From NCBI GenBank assembly GCA_002690655.1, contig NZFL01000034.1, positions 38,708-102,707 of the forward strand: a stretch of 64,000 nt of DNA, written 5' to 3'. The notes beneath the pieces were generated by a model. That model saw only the letters and a program-made list of their open reading frames with translations. It had not been told where the DNA came from and ran no database searches. The DNA is from Pedosphaera sp. Its GTDB lineage: Bacteria > Verrucomicrobiota > Verrucomicrobiia > Limisphaerales > AAA164-E04. This document shows positions 1 to 8,447 of the stretch, piece after piece. A program made the position numbers and the translations under genes. Position 1 is the first letter of the stretch; each line of letters begins with the position of its first letter.

Positions 1-813
1 TTGAGATGGAATGTTACCGCCTGCCTGAGAGCTTCCAGCATGGCCACGGCCGCGTGCATTGCCCTGCTGCTGAGAGCCTGCTGTTTCACGCTCTTTCTGT
101 TTTGCCTTGCGTTTCTGTTCCCGTTCTTTTTTGCGATCTGCCTGTCGAGTCTGTTTGGATGGACCGGATCTTGTAGGGAGCTTGATGAAACCAACCTTCG
201 CACCCAAGCCCGGCTTCGTCTCATCCTTGGTCTCTGGGGGGGCTTCTACCTCATTACTCTGTTCTTCAGTTAATTCAACTGCTTTCTCAGGCTCGCTTTC
301 ATTAGAGGAGGTTTCTGTGGTGTCATTTTCCTCATTTGACTCGCTAATTTCTGTTGCAATTTCGATTGAGTCTTCCAGAGCGGGTTGCTCAGGCTCATTG
401 CCCTCGTTGCCTGACTCTTTTTGCTCCTCGCCTACGGGTTCCTCTATGACCTCTTCTTTTTCCTCCTCCGGTGCATGGATGACCTTGATTGACGGTTCCT
501 CGGTGGGGGGGTGATTTTCTACGGCAGGGACAGCAGTCTCTTCTAATTCTGATTCCGTTTTTTCAACTTTTTCCTTGTCTTCTTTTGCCTGTTCATTGTC
601 GGCCTCAGGCTTTGCATCAGAAAGGTCTGGTGTCGGTGACTCAACTCCATTGCCACCTCCGCCGAGTTCCTTAATCAGGTATTCGGCGGTGATTTTGTCA
701 ATGGAACTAGAGGGGACCTTGGCATTGGCAATCCCCAGTTTCTTGGCGTGGGTAATGACTTCTTTATTTGGTAAACCAAGTCTTTTGGCGATGTCGTATA
801 TACGAACAGGCAT
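1..813 (-). CDS. infB: Translation initiation factor IF-2, N-terminal part (runs off the window edge)
   Basis: The reverse-strand ATG at 813..811 opens a frame with no stop down to position 1 (271 codons). It begins MPVRIYDIAKRLGLPNKEVITHAKKLGIANAKVPSSSIDKITAEYLIKEL (IF2_N-like). An acidic then Lys/Arg/Gly-rich linker typical of IF-2 follows. It lies immediately downstream of nusA on the same strand, which is the conserved nusA-infB order. It is absent from the ORF track only because it has no stop in the window. Confidence 0.8.
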   Translation of the reverse strand, partial: MPVRIYDIAKRLGLPNKEVITHAKKLGIANAKVPSSSIDKITAEYLIKELGGGGNGVESPTPDLSDAKPEADNEQAKEDKEKVEKTESELEETAVPAVENHPPTEEPSIKVIHAPEEEKEEVIEEPVGEEQKESGNEGNEPEQPALEDSIEIATEISESNEENDTTETSSNESEPEKAVELTEEQSNEVEAPPETKDETKPGLGAKVGFIKLPTRSGPSKQTRQADRKKEREQKRKAKQKERETAGSQQQGNARGRGHAGSSQAGGNIPSQ

Positions 814-896
814 AAATTTTTTGAGTAAAGCCACTCCTCGAGGAAGAGGCTTCTGACAAACTTTTTCTTATTTTCGGATTATTTTACAAATGATTT

Positions 897-2189
897 CTAA
901 GAATCACCTTCAGAGGTTGATTCCTCATTCTCCGCAGCGGATATCCGACTTTGCGTTTCGGTTCTAACCGACTCTAGTATGGTTGCGGCATCTTGGGCAA
1001 TCTCAGGTATTTCACTGAGGTCTTCCAACTCTACCTGGAGGAGATCCTCCAATGTATGGAACCCGCTGTTGACAAGGGCGGTTGCCTGTTCTTCTGAGAT
1101 TCCATCAATCGCAGCAAATGAATGGATGGCTTCGGCAACTTTTTCCTCAAAGCCCAGGGTTTTGACTTCCCTCGCTTGAATATCTACATGCCAACCGCAC
1201 AACTTGGAGGTGAGTCTTGCATTCTGTCCACGTTTTCCGATGGCCAGAGATAGTTGTTCCTCATCAACAACCACATTGAGCCTTCGACGGTCTTCATCGA
1301 TGTTGATCGATTCTAACTTTGCCGGATTCAGTGCGTTAGCTACGAAATTTTCAATCTCTGGATCCCAGGGAATGATGTCCACTTTTTCATTGTTCAGCTC
1401 TCGAACAATATTTTTGACTCGTTGGCCTCTCAATCCGACGCAAGCGCCCACTGGATCCACTTTCTCGTCACGGGAATAGACTGCCAGCTTGGTTCTGTAG
1501 CCAGGCTCTCTTGCGATTGCTTTCACCTCTATGGTGCCATCGTTTATCTCTGACACCTCAAGTTTGAAGAGTTTCACTACAAAATCGGGGTCTGCCCTAC
1601 TGAGGATGATCTCAGGTCCGTGTGACCCAGTGTCTACTGCTTTCACGTAACAGCGAACACGCTCTCCAACCTGATATTCCTCGGTTGGGACCCGTTCGCG
1701 GTTTGGCAGTAGTGCTTCGAATTTCCCGAGATCCAGATAAACGTCCGATCGCTCGAACCTCCTCACTGTTCCGCTCACGATATCCCCCGTCCGATCCTTG
1801 AATTCGCTGTAAATCAGTTGCTTCTCTGCCTTGCGTAAATGCTGGAGCAAGGCTTGTTTGGCGTTCTGAGATGCTATACGGCCAAAATTCTCGGGTGTAA
1901 CTTCCATTTCAACCTCTGCACCGAGTTGTGCCTCAGGGTGGAATCGCTTGGCTTCTGCAAGCGAGATATGGTCGTGCTTTGATTCAGGTTTTTCCATGAC
2001 GACCAAAGTCGCATAAGCCCTGATATCCCCGTGCTTGCGGTCTATTTGAACTCTCAGATTTCTTGCGGGGCCCACTGCTTTCTTAGCGGCTGAAATCAAC
2101 GCTTCTTCGACAGCCTCGAGCAAGGTATCTTTGCTGATACCTTTCTCTCGCTCCCAGTATTCCAATATTGCTAATAAATCCGCATTCAT
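897..2189 (-). CDS. nusA: Transcription termination/antitermination factor NusA
   Basis: 430-aa ORF. The N-terminus MNADLLAILEYWEREKGISKDTLLEAVEEALISAAKKA is followed by S1- and KH-like regions (GERVRCYV..., VGACVGLRGQRVKNIVRELNNEKVDII, LAIGKRGQNARLTSKLCGW). infB lies directly downstream. Confidence 0.95.
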   Translation of the reverse strand: MNADLLAILEYWEREKGISKDTLLEAVEEALISAAKKAVGPARNLRVQIDRKHGDIRAYATLVVMEKPESKHDHISLAEAKRFHPEAQLGAEVEMEVTPENFGRIASQNAKQALLQHLRKAEKQLIYSEFKDRTGDIVSGTVRRFERSDVYLDLGKFEALLPNRERVPTEEYQVGERVRCYVKAVDTGSHGPEIILSRADPDFVVKLFKLEVSEINDGTIEVKAIAREPGYRTKLAVYSRDEKVDPVGACVGLRGQRVKNIVRELNNEKVDIIPWDPEIENFVANALNPAKLESINIDEDRRRLNVVVDEEQLSLAIGKRGQNARLTSKLCGWHVDIQAREVKTLGFEEKVAEAIHSFAAIDGISEEQATALVNSGFHTLEDLLQVELEDLSEIPEIAQDAATILESVRTETQSRISAAENEESTSEGDS

Positions 2190-2544
2190 GCGCGATTCCT
2201 TTCCCTTTTTAGAGAATAAAAAGAGCCGGCATATATCGCCGACTCAGGCGTGCCACTTAATGCGGCTTTGAATTGTTGTGCGAAAACTAAATGGATGGGA
2301 GTACACCGTCAAGTTAGATTTATCTACAAACAGTGAACAGTGAAGTCGAACAATCGGCAATTTCAGCCATCAGGATCCTGAAACTTCTCGTCTCGGAGGC
2401 ATAAAACAGCAGCGAGGTCACTTTTAACAACAAAAAGGGTTTCATGACTTGCGTTGACAGCGAATAAGACAAGCCCGATAATAGCTCGGATTTAAACGAG
2501 AGGCGGTTCTCTTGATATCTGAATCCCTGAATCGGTAGAAAGCC

Positions 2545-2847
2545 ATGCAAGAAGTAACCCACAGAGCTCCACGGGAGCAGTTGTCGGCTGAGCTGCAGTC
2601 AATCATCGAGGACGTCGAAGCACTTATCAGCGCGACGGCATCGGAAACAGGTGAAAAAGCCAGCAATGCTCGAGCGAAGGTCAAAGATGCTCTTGAAAAG
2701 GCCAAAACCAGTTACGACGCATTTGAAGGGAAAGCACTTGCACATGCACGAGCAACGGATCAAGTAATCCGCAGGCATCCTTATGAAACTCTAGGCATTG
2801 CCGTGGCGGCAGGCTTATTCATAGGGCTTCTTATCAATCGCCGCTGA
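2545..2847 (+). CDS. ElaB/YqjD/DUF883-family membrane-anchored (ribosome-associated) protein
   Basis: 100 aa. Helical N-part (LSAELQSIIEDVEALISATASETGEKASNARAKVKDALEKAK). The C-terminus ...HPYETLGIAVAAGLFIGLLINRR matches the DUF883 tail-anchor pattern. Confidence 0.8.
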   Translation: MQEVTHRAPREQLSAELQSIIEDVEALISATASETGEKASNARAKVKDALEKAKTSYDAFEGKALAHARATDQVIRRHPYETLGIAVAAGLFIGLLINRR

Positions 2848-2851
2848 CAAC

Positions 2852-3250
2852 ATGGCTGCTGAACCGGAAAATCAATCTCAATCATCCGTTCTGGGCGACA
2901 CAGGTTCCAAATGGATACATGCTTTTTTTGGCGTCTTAAGATCGCGGTTGGAGCTTTTTCTTTTTGAATTGGAAGAGCAAAAGGTTCGTTTTGTCGAGTT
3001 GCTGTTCTGGTTGGTTTGTCTGATCATTTTCGGTCTGATCTTCCTTGGGGTCGCATCTGCAGCCGTTGTTTTTCTGTTGCCAGACGACTGGCGAGGAACG
3101 GGGGCCCTCGTTCTATCAACGATTTACGGTATCATTACTTGCCTCTCAGTATGGAGAATTCGATCTATCGTTTCAAGGGAGTCGCCGTTGTTTGAGGAAT
3201 CCATCGCTCAATTAAAAAAAGATCAGGCATGTTTTTCGGATCAAAAATAA
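2852..3250 (+). CDS. YqjE-like small inner-membrane protein (phage-holin-3_6-type fold)
   Basis: 132 aa with two hydrophobic helices (LLFWLVCLIIFGLIFLGVASAAVVFLL; ALVLSTIYGIITCLSVW). It sits 4 nt after the DUF883 gene, as in the E. coli yqjD-yqjE-yqjK arrangement. Confidence 0.6.
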   Translation: MAAEPENQSQSSVLGDTGSKWIHAFFGVLRSRLELFLFELEEQKVRFVELLFWLVCLIIFGLIFLGVASAAVVFLLPDDWRGTGALVLSTIYGIITCLSVWRIRSIVSRESPLFEESIAQLKKDQACFSDQK

Positions 3251-3555
3251 ATGTGAATGAGCTGCGCAAGCGAATGCTTGCATTGGAATGTGACACTCAC
3301 CGGCTTGAATTGACTGAGAGATGGCGGGACGTCAGTAGAGAGATCGGATTCGGTCCGAACATTGATCATTCCCCAAAAGAAAGCGTTCGTCGATGGGGGC
3401 ACTGGCTGGCACCGTTTGGAGCATTTTTGCTTTCCAGATGGCTTCGGGCAAAATCAAAGCATTCAAACGACAGAGCTGTATCACCCAATCATTGGGGTTT
3501 TTTGGGGCAATTTTTCGACTGGATGGCCAAGCTTAGTCCGCGGGATAAGCATTGA
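3229..3555 (+). CDS. YqjK-like hypothetical protein
   Basis: 108 aa. It overlaps the preceding gene by 22 nt, so coupling is likely. The coiled N-part (ELRKRMLALECDTHRLELTERWRDV) plus one hydrophobic segment fits the third gene of a yqjDEK-type operon. Assignment rests on position and architecture only. Confidence 0.4.
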   Translation: MFFGSKINVNELRKRMLALECDTHRLELTERWRDVSREIGFGPNIDHSPKESVRRWGHWLAPFGAFLLSRWLRAKSKHSNDRAVSPNHWGFLGQFFDWMAKLSPRDKH

Positions 3556-3705
3556 ATTTTTAATTTGATGGAACAGGCTTCCAAAGAAGAAGTGGAAAAG
3601 GTCAAGCCAAGGTCTCTCAGCTCCCTTCTTTGGCCTTTTGACTAATTACGGAAGCTGAGCGAGTCCGATAATCGAAATCTTCTGGTCATTACGACAATCG
3701 GTGTA

Positions 3706-4467
3706 GTGCCGATGGTCATTCTGACGCTTTTTTCGATGCTGATACAGGCGCAGATTGCCTATCTTCTAACTGGTTTATATTTCTCGGTTCTGTGGTCCAT
3801 CCTCTTCTACAATCTGTTTCCCGCTCCTGCGATTCGGGTCAGCACTTCTCTATTTTGTTTTGTTGGTACCGCGCTGGTATCGGTGAGCATCCTTTCCCTG
3901 TTTTTTAAATTGCCCTTCGTAAATTTGCCGCTGGATTTTATTCAATCGCCCAGCCATCTGGAGCGGTTTATGGGCTTCTGGCTTTGGTCAGCGCTTCCCG
4001 AAGAGCTATTGAAAGTGTTCATGTTATACGTACCCTCCAGACGACATGATATAAAGTTTCCGAGCACCTTTGCCTATTACGGAATGATTTATGGCCTTGG
4101 TTTTGGGATTTACGAGGGGATGAATTACCAGATGACAGTTAATTTTGATTTAGCGGATGGTATGGAGGAGTATTTGTTCTTGAATTTATTGCGCCTGACA
4201 ACACTACCTGTGCTTCATGCCGTGTGGACTGGTATAGCCGGGTTTTTTCTGGGATTTGTTTTTTTACATGGTCAAAAGAAATATTATTTCGTCTTGGTAG
4301 GGGTGAGTATTCCATCCGTGCTTCATGCTCTCTTCAATACCTTTAATCACACCGTTGCTAGCCTTGGCTTGGCTATCATGAGTGTCTTGGTTTTCAGTCT
4401 TTACTTTGCCAAAAATGATTCTCTCAACTTTTATTTCCGGCAGCAGAGTAATCGCCATAAGGAGTGA
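3706..4467 (+). CDS. PrsW-family intramembrane metalloprotease-like protein
   Basis: 253 aa, polytopic. It has an E-E-x-x-K motif (SALPEELLKVFMLY) and later H-x-x-x-N (VLHALFNTFNH) plus LHAVWTGIAGFFLG. These are the PrsW (PF13367) signature arrangement. The start codon is uncertain (GTG at 3706). Confidence 0.6.
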   Translation: MPMVILTLFSMLIQAQIAYLLTGLYFSVLWSILFYNLFPAPAIRVSTSLFCFVGTALVSVSILSLFFKLPFVNLPLDFIQSPSHLERFMGFWLWSALPEELLKVFMLYVPSRRHDIKFPSTFAYYGMIYGLGFGIYEGMNYQMTVNFDLADGMEEYLFLNLLRLTTLPVLHAVWTGIAGFFLGFVFLHGQKKYYFVLVGVSIPSVLHALFNTFNHTVASLGLAIMSVLVFSLYFAKNDSLNFYFRQQSNRHKE

Positions 4468-4553
4468 ATCGGTTGTTTGGTAAAATCTAACTTGATTGAT
4501 CGATCACAAATTGACCATAGTCTTCATCTATCCAGTCTGCCGTTTTTTCCGGT

Positions 4554-5537
4554 TTGATTGGAAGTAAAGAGCATCCTTATACTAAATATATTGTGAAAGT
4601 TTTTAGCGGTACGTCCAATCTCCCTTTGGCGAACAAGATTACCGATTACATGGGGATTCCACTCGGACGCTGCAAAGTCAGTGCATTTCCTGATGGCGAG
4701 ACCTTCGTTAAAATTGAAGAGAACGTAAGGGGCCAGGATGTTTTTGTGCTTCAATCTACCTCACCACCTACAAATCATCACCTCATGGAGATGTTCATCA
4801 TGATTGATGCGCTGAGGCGAGCCAGTGCGTCCAGGATCACGGCGGTACTTCCTTTTTATGGGTATGCGCGTCAGGACCGCAAGGATCAGCCCCGTGTTCC
4901 CATCACGGCCAAACTGGTAGCCAATCTCATCGTTGGAGCCGGAGCACATCGAGCTTTGACCATGGATCTGCATGCACAACAAATCCAAGGCTTCTTTGAT
5001 ATTCCCGTGGATCACCTGTACGCGGCGCCCGTGATGTATGAATATCTTCGCAAGAAGAATATAGAAGATTTAGTGGTGGTGAGTCCTGACGCAGGCGGCA
5101 TTAAGATGGCTCATGCTTATTCGGAGGTGCTCGGCTGCGGTCTGGCAATTGTTGCCAAGCGAAGAAAAAGCGCTACCGAAATCGAGAGTATGACACTCAT
5201 TGGTGAGGTTGACGGCAAGTCTGTTCTCCTTGTGGATGACTTAACAGAGACCGCGGGAACTTTGACCGAGGCCGCTCGTTTGTTGAAGGCCCAGGGCGCC
5301 AAGTCCATTTTTGCCTGTGTTTCGCACACTCTCCTGAACGATCTTGGAATTGAAAGATTGCGAAAATCAGATATTGACGAGTTGATCACAACTGATACAG
5401 TCCACCGCTCTGCCGTCGAAGGCGTCAATATCACCACATTATCAGTGGCTGAACTATTGGGCGAAGCGATCAAGCGAATTCACAACAATTCGTCGGTCAA
5501 TTCGCTCTTTGAATTTAATGGCGCTCGAACGAGCTAG
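4554..5537 (+). CDS. prs: Ribose-phosphate pyrophosphokinase (PRPP synthetase)
   Basis: 327 aa: KVFSGTSNLPLANKITDYMGIPLGRCKVSAFPDGETFVKIEENVRGQDVFVLQS, YGYARQDRK, VVSPDAGG, LVDDLTETAGTL. Full set of PRPP synthetase motifs. The TTG start is inferred. Confidence 0.95.
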   Translation: MIGSKEHPYTKYIVKVFSGTSNLPLANKITDYMGIPLGRCKVSAFPDGETFVKIEENVRGQDVFVLQSTSPPTNHHLMEMFIMIDALRRASASRITAVLPFYGYARQDRKDQPRVPITAKLVANLIVGAGAHRALTMDLHAQQIQGFFDIPVDHLYAAPVMYEYLRKKNIEDLVVVSPDAGGIKMAHAYSEVLGCGLAIVAKRRKSATEIESMTLIGEVDGKSVLLVDDLTETAGTLTEAARLLKAQGAKSIFACVSHTLLNDLGIERLRKSDIDELITTDTVHRSAVEGVNITTLSVAELLGEAIKRIHNNSSVNSLFEFNGARTS

Positions 5538-5586
5538 GTGGAGACAGCATTTTCAACAGTGCAATTAAATTTAATCTATTAATTAA

Positions 5587-6207
5587 ATGGAAGCGGTAGC
5601 TTTAAACGCCCAATCACGCAGTGAGCTAAGACGGACTCGAGTCAAAAAAATTCGAGCATCCGGTCTTTTGCCAGGAGTTCTTTACGGATGTCAGAAGGAT
5701 CCCAAGCCCCTTACGGTTTGCGCCAAAGATTTTGAAAGAATGGTAAAACATTCTGCATCGGAAAATCTTTTGGTCAAGTTGGCCGTTGAAGGAGACGGCG
5801 GGCACCTAGCACTGGTGCAGGAGGTGCAGCGGCATCCTCTGTCAGGTCTCCCTTTGCATGTAGATTTTCGAGCAGTGGTCGAGGACCAGCCTGTTATCTT
5901 ATCCATACCCATTGAGCCTCGCGGTGAGGCCCACGGTGTGAAAAATGAGGGTGGAAATCTGGAACACGTACTCTTCAGCGTAAAAATCAAAGCATTGCCT
6001 AAAGATTTACCAGAAGTGATTCTGGTTGATGTTACCGAGCTTCGCTCTGGACAGACCTTGCATCTGGGAGAATTACCATTGCCTGAAAATGTTGAGGTCA
6101 TTGGAGAAACAGGGATTCCAGCATTCTCTGTATCTATTGGTCGAACTGCCCGCTCTGAAGCATCGAAAGAATCGGCTGCCGAGGGAGAAGAAGATGCTAA
6201 AAAGTAA
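5587..6207 (+). CDS. rplY: 50S ribosomal protein L25 / general stress protein Ctc
   Basis: 206 aa: RTRVKKIRASGLLPGVLYG..., LVQEVQRHPL, with an acidic/Lys C-tail. prs-ctc-pth is a conserved order. Confidence 0.9.
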   Translation: MEAVALNAQSRSELRRTRVKKIRASGLLPGVLYGCQKDPKPLTVCAKDFERMVKHSASENLLVKLAVEGDGGHLALVQEVQRHPLSGLPLHVDFRAVVEDQPVILSIPIEPRGEAHGVKNEGGNLEHVLFSVKIKALPKDLPEVILVDVTELRSGQTLHLGELPLPENVEVIGETGIPAFSVSIGRTARSEASKESAAEGEEDAKK

Positions 6208-6277
6208 ATCTAATTGCGTTTTGACAGGCTGCGTTTAAGCGGTCCGATCAATTTGGATCCCTTGCTCCGTTTGTTTT

Positions 6278-6874
6278 ATGAGTTATCGGATGCTCGTCGG
6301 TCTGGGGAATCCAGGCAAGGGATACGAAAAAAACAGGCACAATGTCGGTTATATGTTCCTTGACAGATTGGCTCTCGTTTGGCGATGTTCGCTTACGGTT
6401 GAGAGTAAATTTCGAGCAGAGACAGGCAAAGTGGCCATGGGAGGTCATCAATGGTTGATGGTCAAGCCATTGACTTTCATGAACGCCAGCGGCGAATCAG
6501 TTTCGAGAATAGCACGTTACTATAAAGTTGATTCCAGTGATGTTCTAGTCATCTATGATGATTTGGACCTCCCCTTGGGAGCCCTGCGATTGAAACCAGA
6601 AGGCAGTTCAGGTGGACACAACGGTATCAAATCAGTTGAATCTTGCTTGGGAACAAAAGCGTTTCCGAGATTGAGAGTCGGGATTGGAAGAGATCAAAGA
6701 GGACACGAGGAAACTGTGCGTCATGTGCTCTCCGATTTTCCATCATCTGAAATGAATTTAATGGATCAAGTGCTTGATCGTGCTCTGGAGCAAGTGCAAG
6801 AGTGGAGCAGGTCGTCACTTGAAAAGGCAATGAGTCTTTACAATGGTCGAATCAATGGTCATGATTCGACCTAA
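6278..6874 (+). CDS. pth: Peptidyl-tRNA hydrolase
   Basis: 198 aa: LVGLGNPGKGYEKNRHNVGYMFLDRLA, MKPLTFMNASGESV, VIYDDLDLPLGALRLKPEGSSGGHNGIKS. Confidence 0.95.
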   Translation: MSYRMLVGLGNPGKGYEKNRHNVGYMFLDRLALVWRCSLTVESKFRAETGKVAMGGHQWLMVKPLTFMNASGESVSRIARYYKVDSSDVLVIYDDLDLPLGALRLKPEGSSGGHNGIKSVESCLGTKAFPRLRVGIGRDQRGHEETVRHVLSDFPSSEMNLMDQVLDRALEQVQEWSRSSLEKAMSLYNGRINGHDST

Positions 6875-6914
6875 ATACTACAAAATTAACAACGATTTAA
6901 ATTACTTAGCGGTT

Positions 6915-7199
6915 GTGAAACAATATCAGGGATTATTTATCCTCAATACAGCAGGAAAAGTCGAAGGCGCGGATGACGTGCTCTCTCAAGTGACTGAAGT
7001 CATCAATGGCGCTGGCGGAAAAGTTGGCGAAATTGAAAAAATTGACAATCGTCCCTTTATGCGTGTCGCCGACAAAAAACACACCTCAGGCTTCTATGCC
7101 AAGGTTCCTTTTGAATTTGAACACTCAGAACTGGCCTCTCTTCAGGCACAATTGAATGATCGTGATGACGTTTTTCGCGTCATGGTCACACATGCTTGA
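6915..7199 (+). CDS. rpsF: 30S ribosomal protein S6
   Basis: The ORF is open from 6843, but the S6-like sequence starts at the in-frame GTG at 6915 (VKQYQGLFILNTAG..., compare M-x-x-Y-E-x-x-F-I). Starting at 6843 would overlap pth by 32 nt. The start is uncertain; the stop at 7199 is firm. Confidence 0.85.
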   Translation: MKQYQGLFILNTAGKVEGADDVLSQVTEVINGAGGKVGEIEKIDNRPFMRVADKKHTSGFYAKVPFEFEHSELASLQAQLNDRDDVFRVMVTHA

Positions 7200-7230
7200 T
7201 TGTCACTGCTGACTTTTTGATCTATTTCCA

Positions 7231-7710
7231 ATGCCATCATTCAATAAAGTCATACTCGTCGGGAATTTGACTCGGGATCCTGAACTTAGGTATACGCCCA
7301 GTGGCAAAGCGATTGCCAAGCTAGGCTTAGCCGTTAACCGTTCATGGAAAACTGAATCCGGTGAAACCCGAGATGAAACGACCTTTGTAGATGTCGATGC
7401 TTTCGGCCGTCAGGCAGAGGTATTGGGGCAATACCTTCGCAAGGGACGCCCAGTGATGGTTGAAGGGCGACTCAAGCTGGACCAATGGGATGACAAACAA
7501 ACTGGGCAGAAAAGATCACGCCTTGGTGTTATTCTAGAGTCTTTTCAGTTTCTTGATTCAGGTGGGGGACGAGGCGAAGGAGGCGGAGAGAATTATGCTG
7601 GTGGAGGAGCTCAGGCAGCACCACAGCCTAATCCTAACCCGGCTCCGCACACCAGAAGACCCGCTCCGGACGGCGCTCCGCCGATGGACGATGATGACGT
7701 CCCATTTTGA
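7231..7710 (+). CDS. ssb: Single-stranded DNA-binding protein
   Basis: 159 aa: FNKVILVGNLTRDPELRYTPSGKAIAKLGLAVNRSWK (OB fold), a Gly/Pro-rich linker, and the canonical acidic tip DDDVPF. Confidence 0.95.
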   Translation: MPSFNKVILVGNLTRDPELRYTPSGKAIAKLGLAVNRSWKTESGETRDETTFVDVDAFGRQAEVLGQYLRKGRPVMVEGRLKLDQWDDKQTGQKRSRLGVILESFQFLDSGGGRGEGGGENYAGGGAQAAPQPNPNPAPHTRRPAPDGAPPMDDDDVPF

Positions 7711-7783
7711 AAATGAGTCAATTCACAGGACTCACCTCTATCCTTTATCAACAACAAAAATACTAGTTAAGAATTAAATCAAT

Positions 7784-8263
7784 ATGGCAAAGACAGATGT
7801 AATCCTCATCAAAAAAGTAGATGGTTTGGGTGGCGAAGCAGATCAAGCAACAGTAGCTGCTGGTTATGCTCGCAATTACCTCATACCCCAAGGATACGCC
7901 ATTCCATTGACCAATGCGAACAAGCGTCGTGTTGACAGCCTTCGAGATCGTCGTCAGAAACGTGAGACAGAAGAGTTGAACCACGCCAAAGAACTGCAGG
8001 GCAGTTTGGGGAAATTGATTCTCAATATCCGGATGAAAACAGGAGAAGACGGCAAGATGTTTGGTTCTGTCACGTCCCAGGTGATTGCTGAAGAGTTGAT
8101 GAGCCAGTTCGAACTGGAATTGGAGCGTCGTAAGATCCTGCTTCCAGAGCCGATTAAATTTGCAGGCGAGCATTTAATTGAAATTCGACTGCACACTGAT
8201 GTCACTGCCAATCTCAAGGTAGTCATCGAAGGGAGCGCTCCTATTCTGACTGCTGCTGAGTAG
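7784..8263 (+). CDS. rplI: 50S ribosomal protein L9
   Basis: 159 aa: VILIKKVDGLGGEADQATVAAGYARNYLIPQGYAIPLT. Confidence 0.95.
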   Translation: MAKTDVILIKKVDGLGGEADQATVAAGYARNYLIPQGYAIPLTNANKRRVDSLRDRRQKRETEELNHAKELQGSLGKLILNIRMKTGEDGKMFGSVTSQVIAEELMSQFELELERRKILLPEPIKFAGEHLIEIRLHTDVTANLKVVIEGSAPILTAAE

Positions 8264-8296
8264 TTCCTTTTCCTTGCTCAATATATATTTCGTAAA

Positions 8297-8330
8297 GCCT
8301 CGCTTCATATGAAGCGGGGCTTTTGTCTTT
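8297..8330 (+). terminator. Rho-independent terminator after rplI
   Basis: 10-bp stem gcctcgcttc / gaagcggggc (8297-8306 with 8311-8320, one G-U pair), loop atat, followed by ttttgtcttt. Confidence 0.6.
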
Positions 8331-8447
8331 ATTATTTTTAATTCCATGAATTCTGACTCCTTTTCAGCAAATCGTAATATGACAAGGGCCTGATTCAGGA
8401 TTCATCAAAAGCTTGACCATACTTCTTCAATCAAGGTCAATGAACCC

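Noticed and set aside
1-856. Four plus-strand track ORFs (1..273, 107..514, 489..674, 575..856) with low-complexity Ser/Leu/Phe-rich translations.
   Set aside because: They are antisense shadows of the infB N-terminal region. The minus strand reads a clean IF-2 N-terminus from the ATG at 813 with no stop to the window edge.
2190-2544. A 355-nt gap upstream of nusA where rimP is usually found, together with the track ORFs 2320..2562(-) and 2442..2705(-).
   Set aside because: Neither ORF resembles RimP (no conserved N-terminal RimP pattern), and the second overlaps the well-supported DUF883 gene. The region is treated as the divergent promoter/leader. Absence of rimP here is noted, but it cannot be interpreted from one window.
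3568-3705. A 25-codon mini-ORF (MEQASKEEVEKVKPRSLSSLLWPFD*) whose TAA is in frame with the PrsW-like ORF. This could indicate a nonsense-interrupted longer N-terminus.
   Set aside because: In-frame placement has a 1-in-3 chance expectation. The mini-ORF sequence has no PrsW-like features. The GTG/ATG at 3706/3712 gives a sensible first TM helix.
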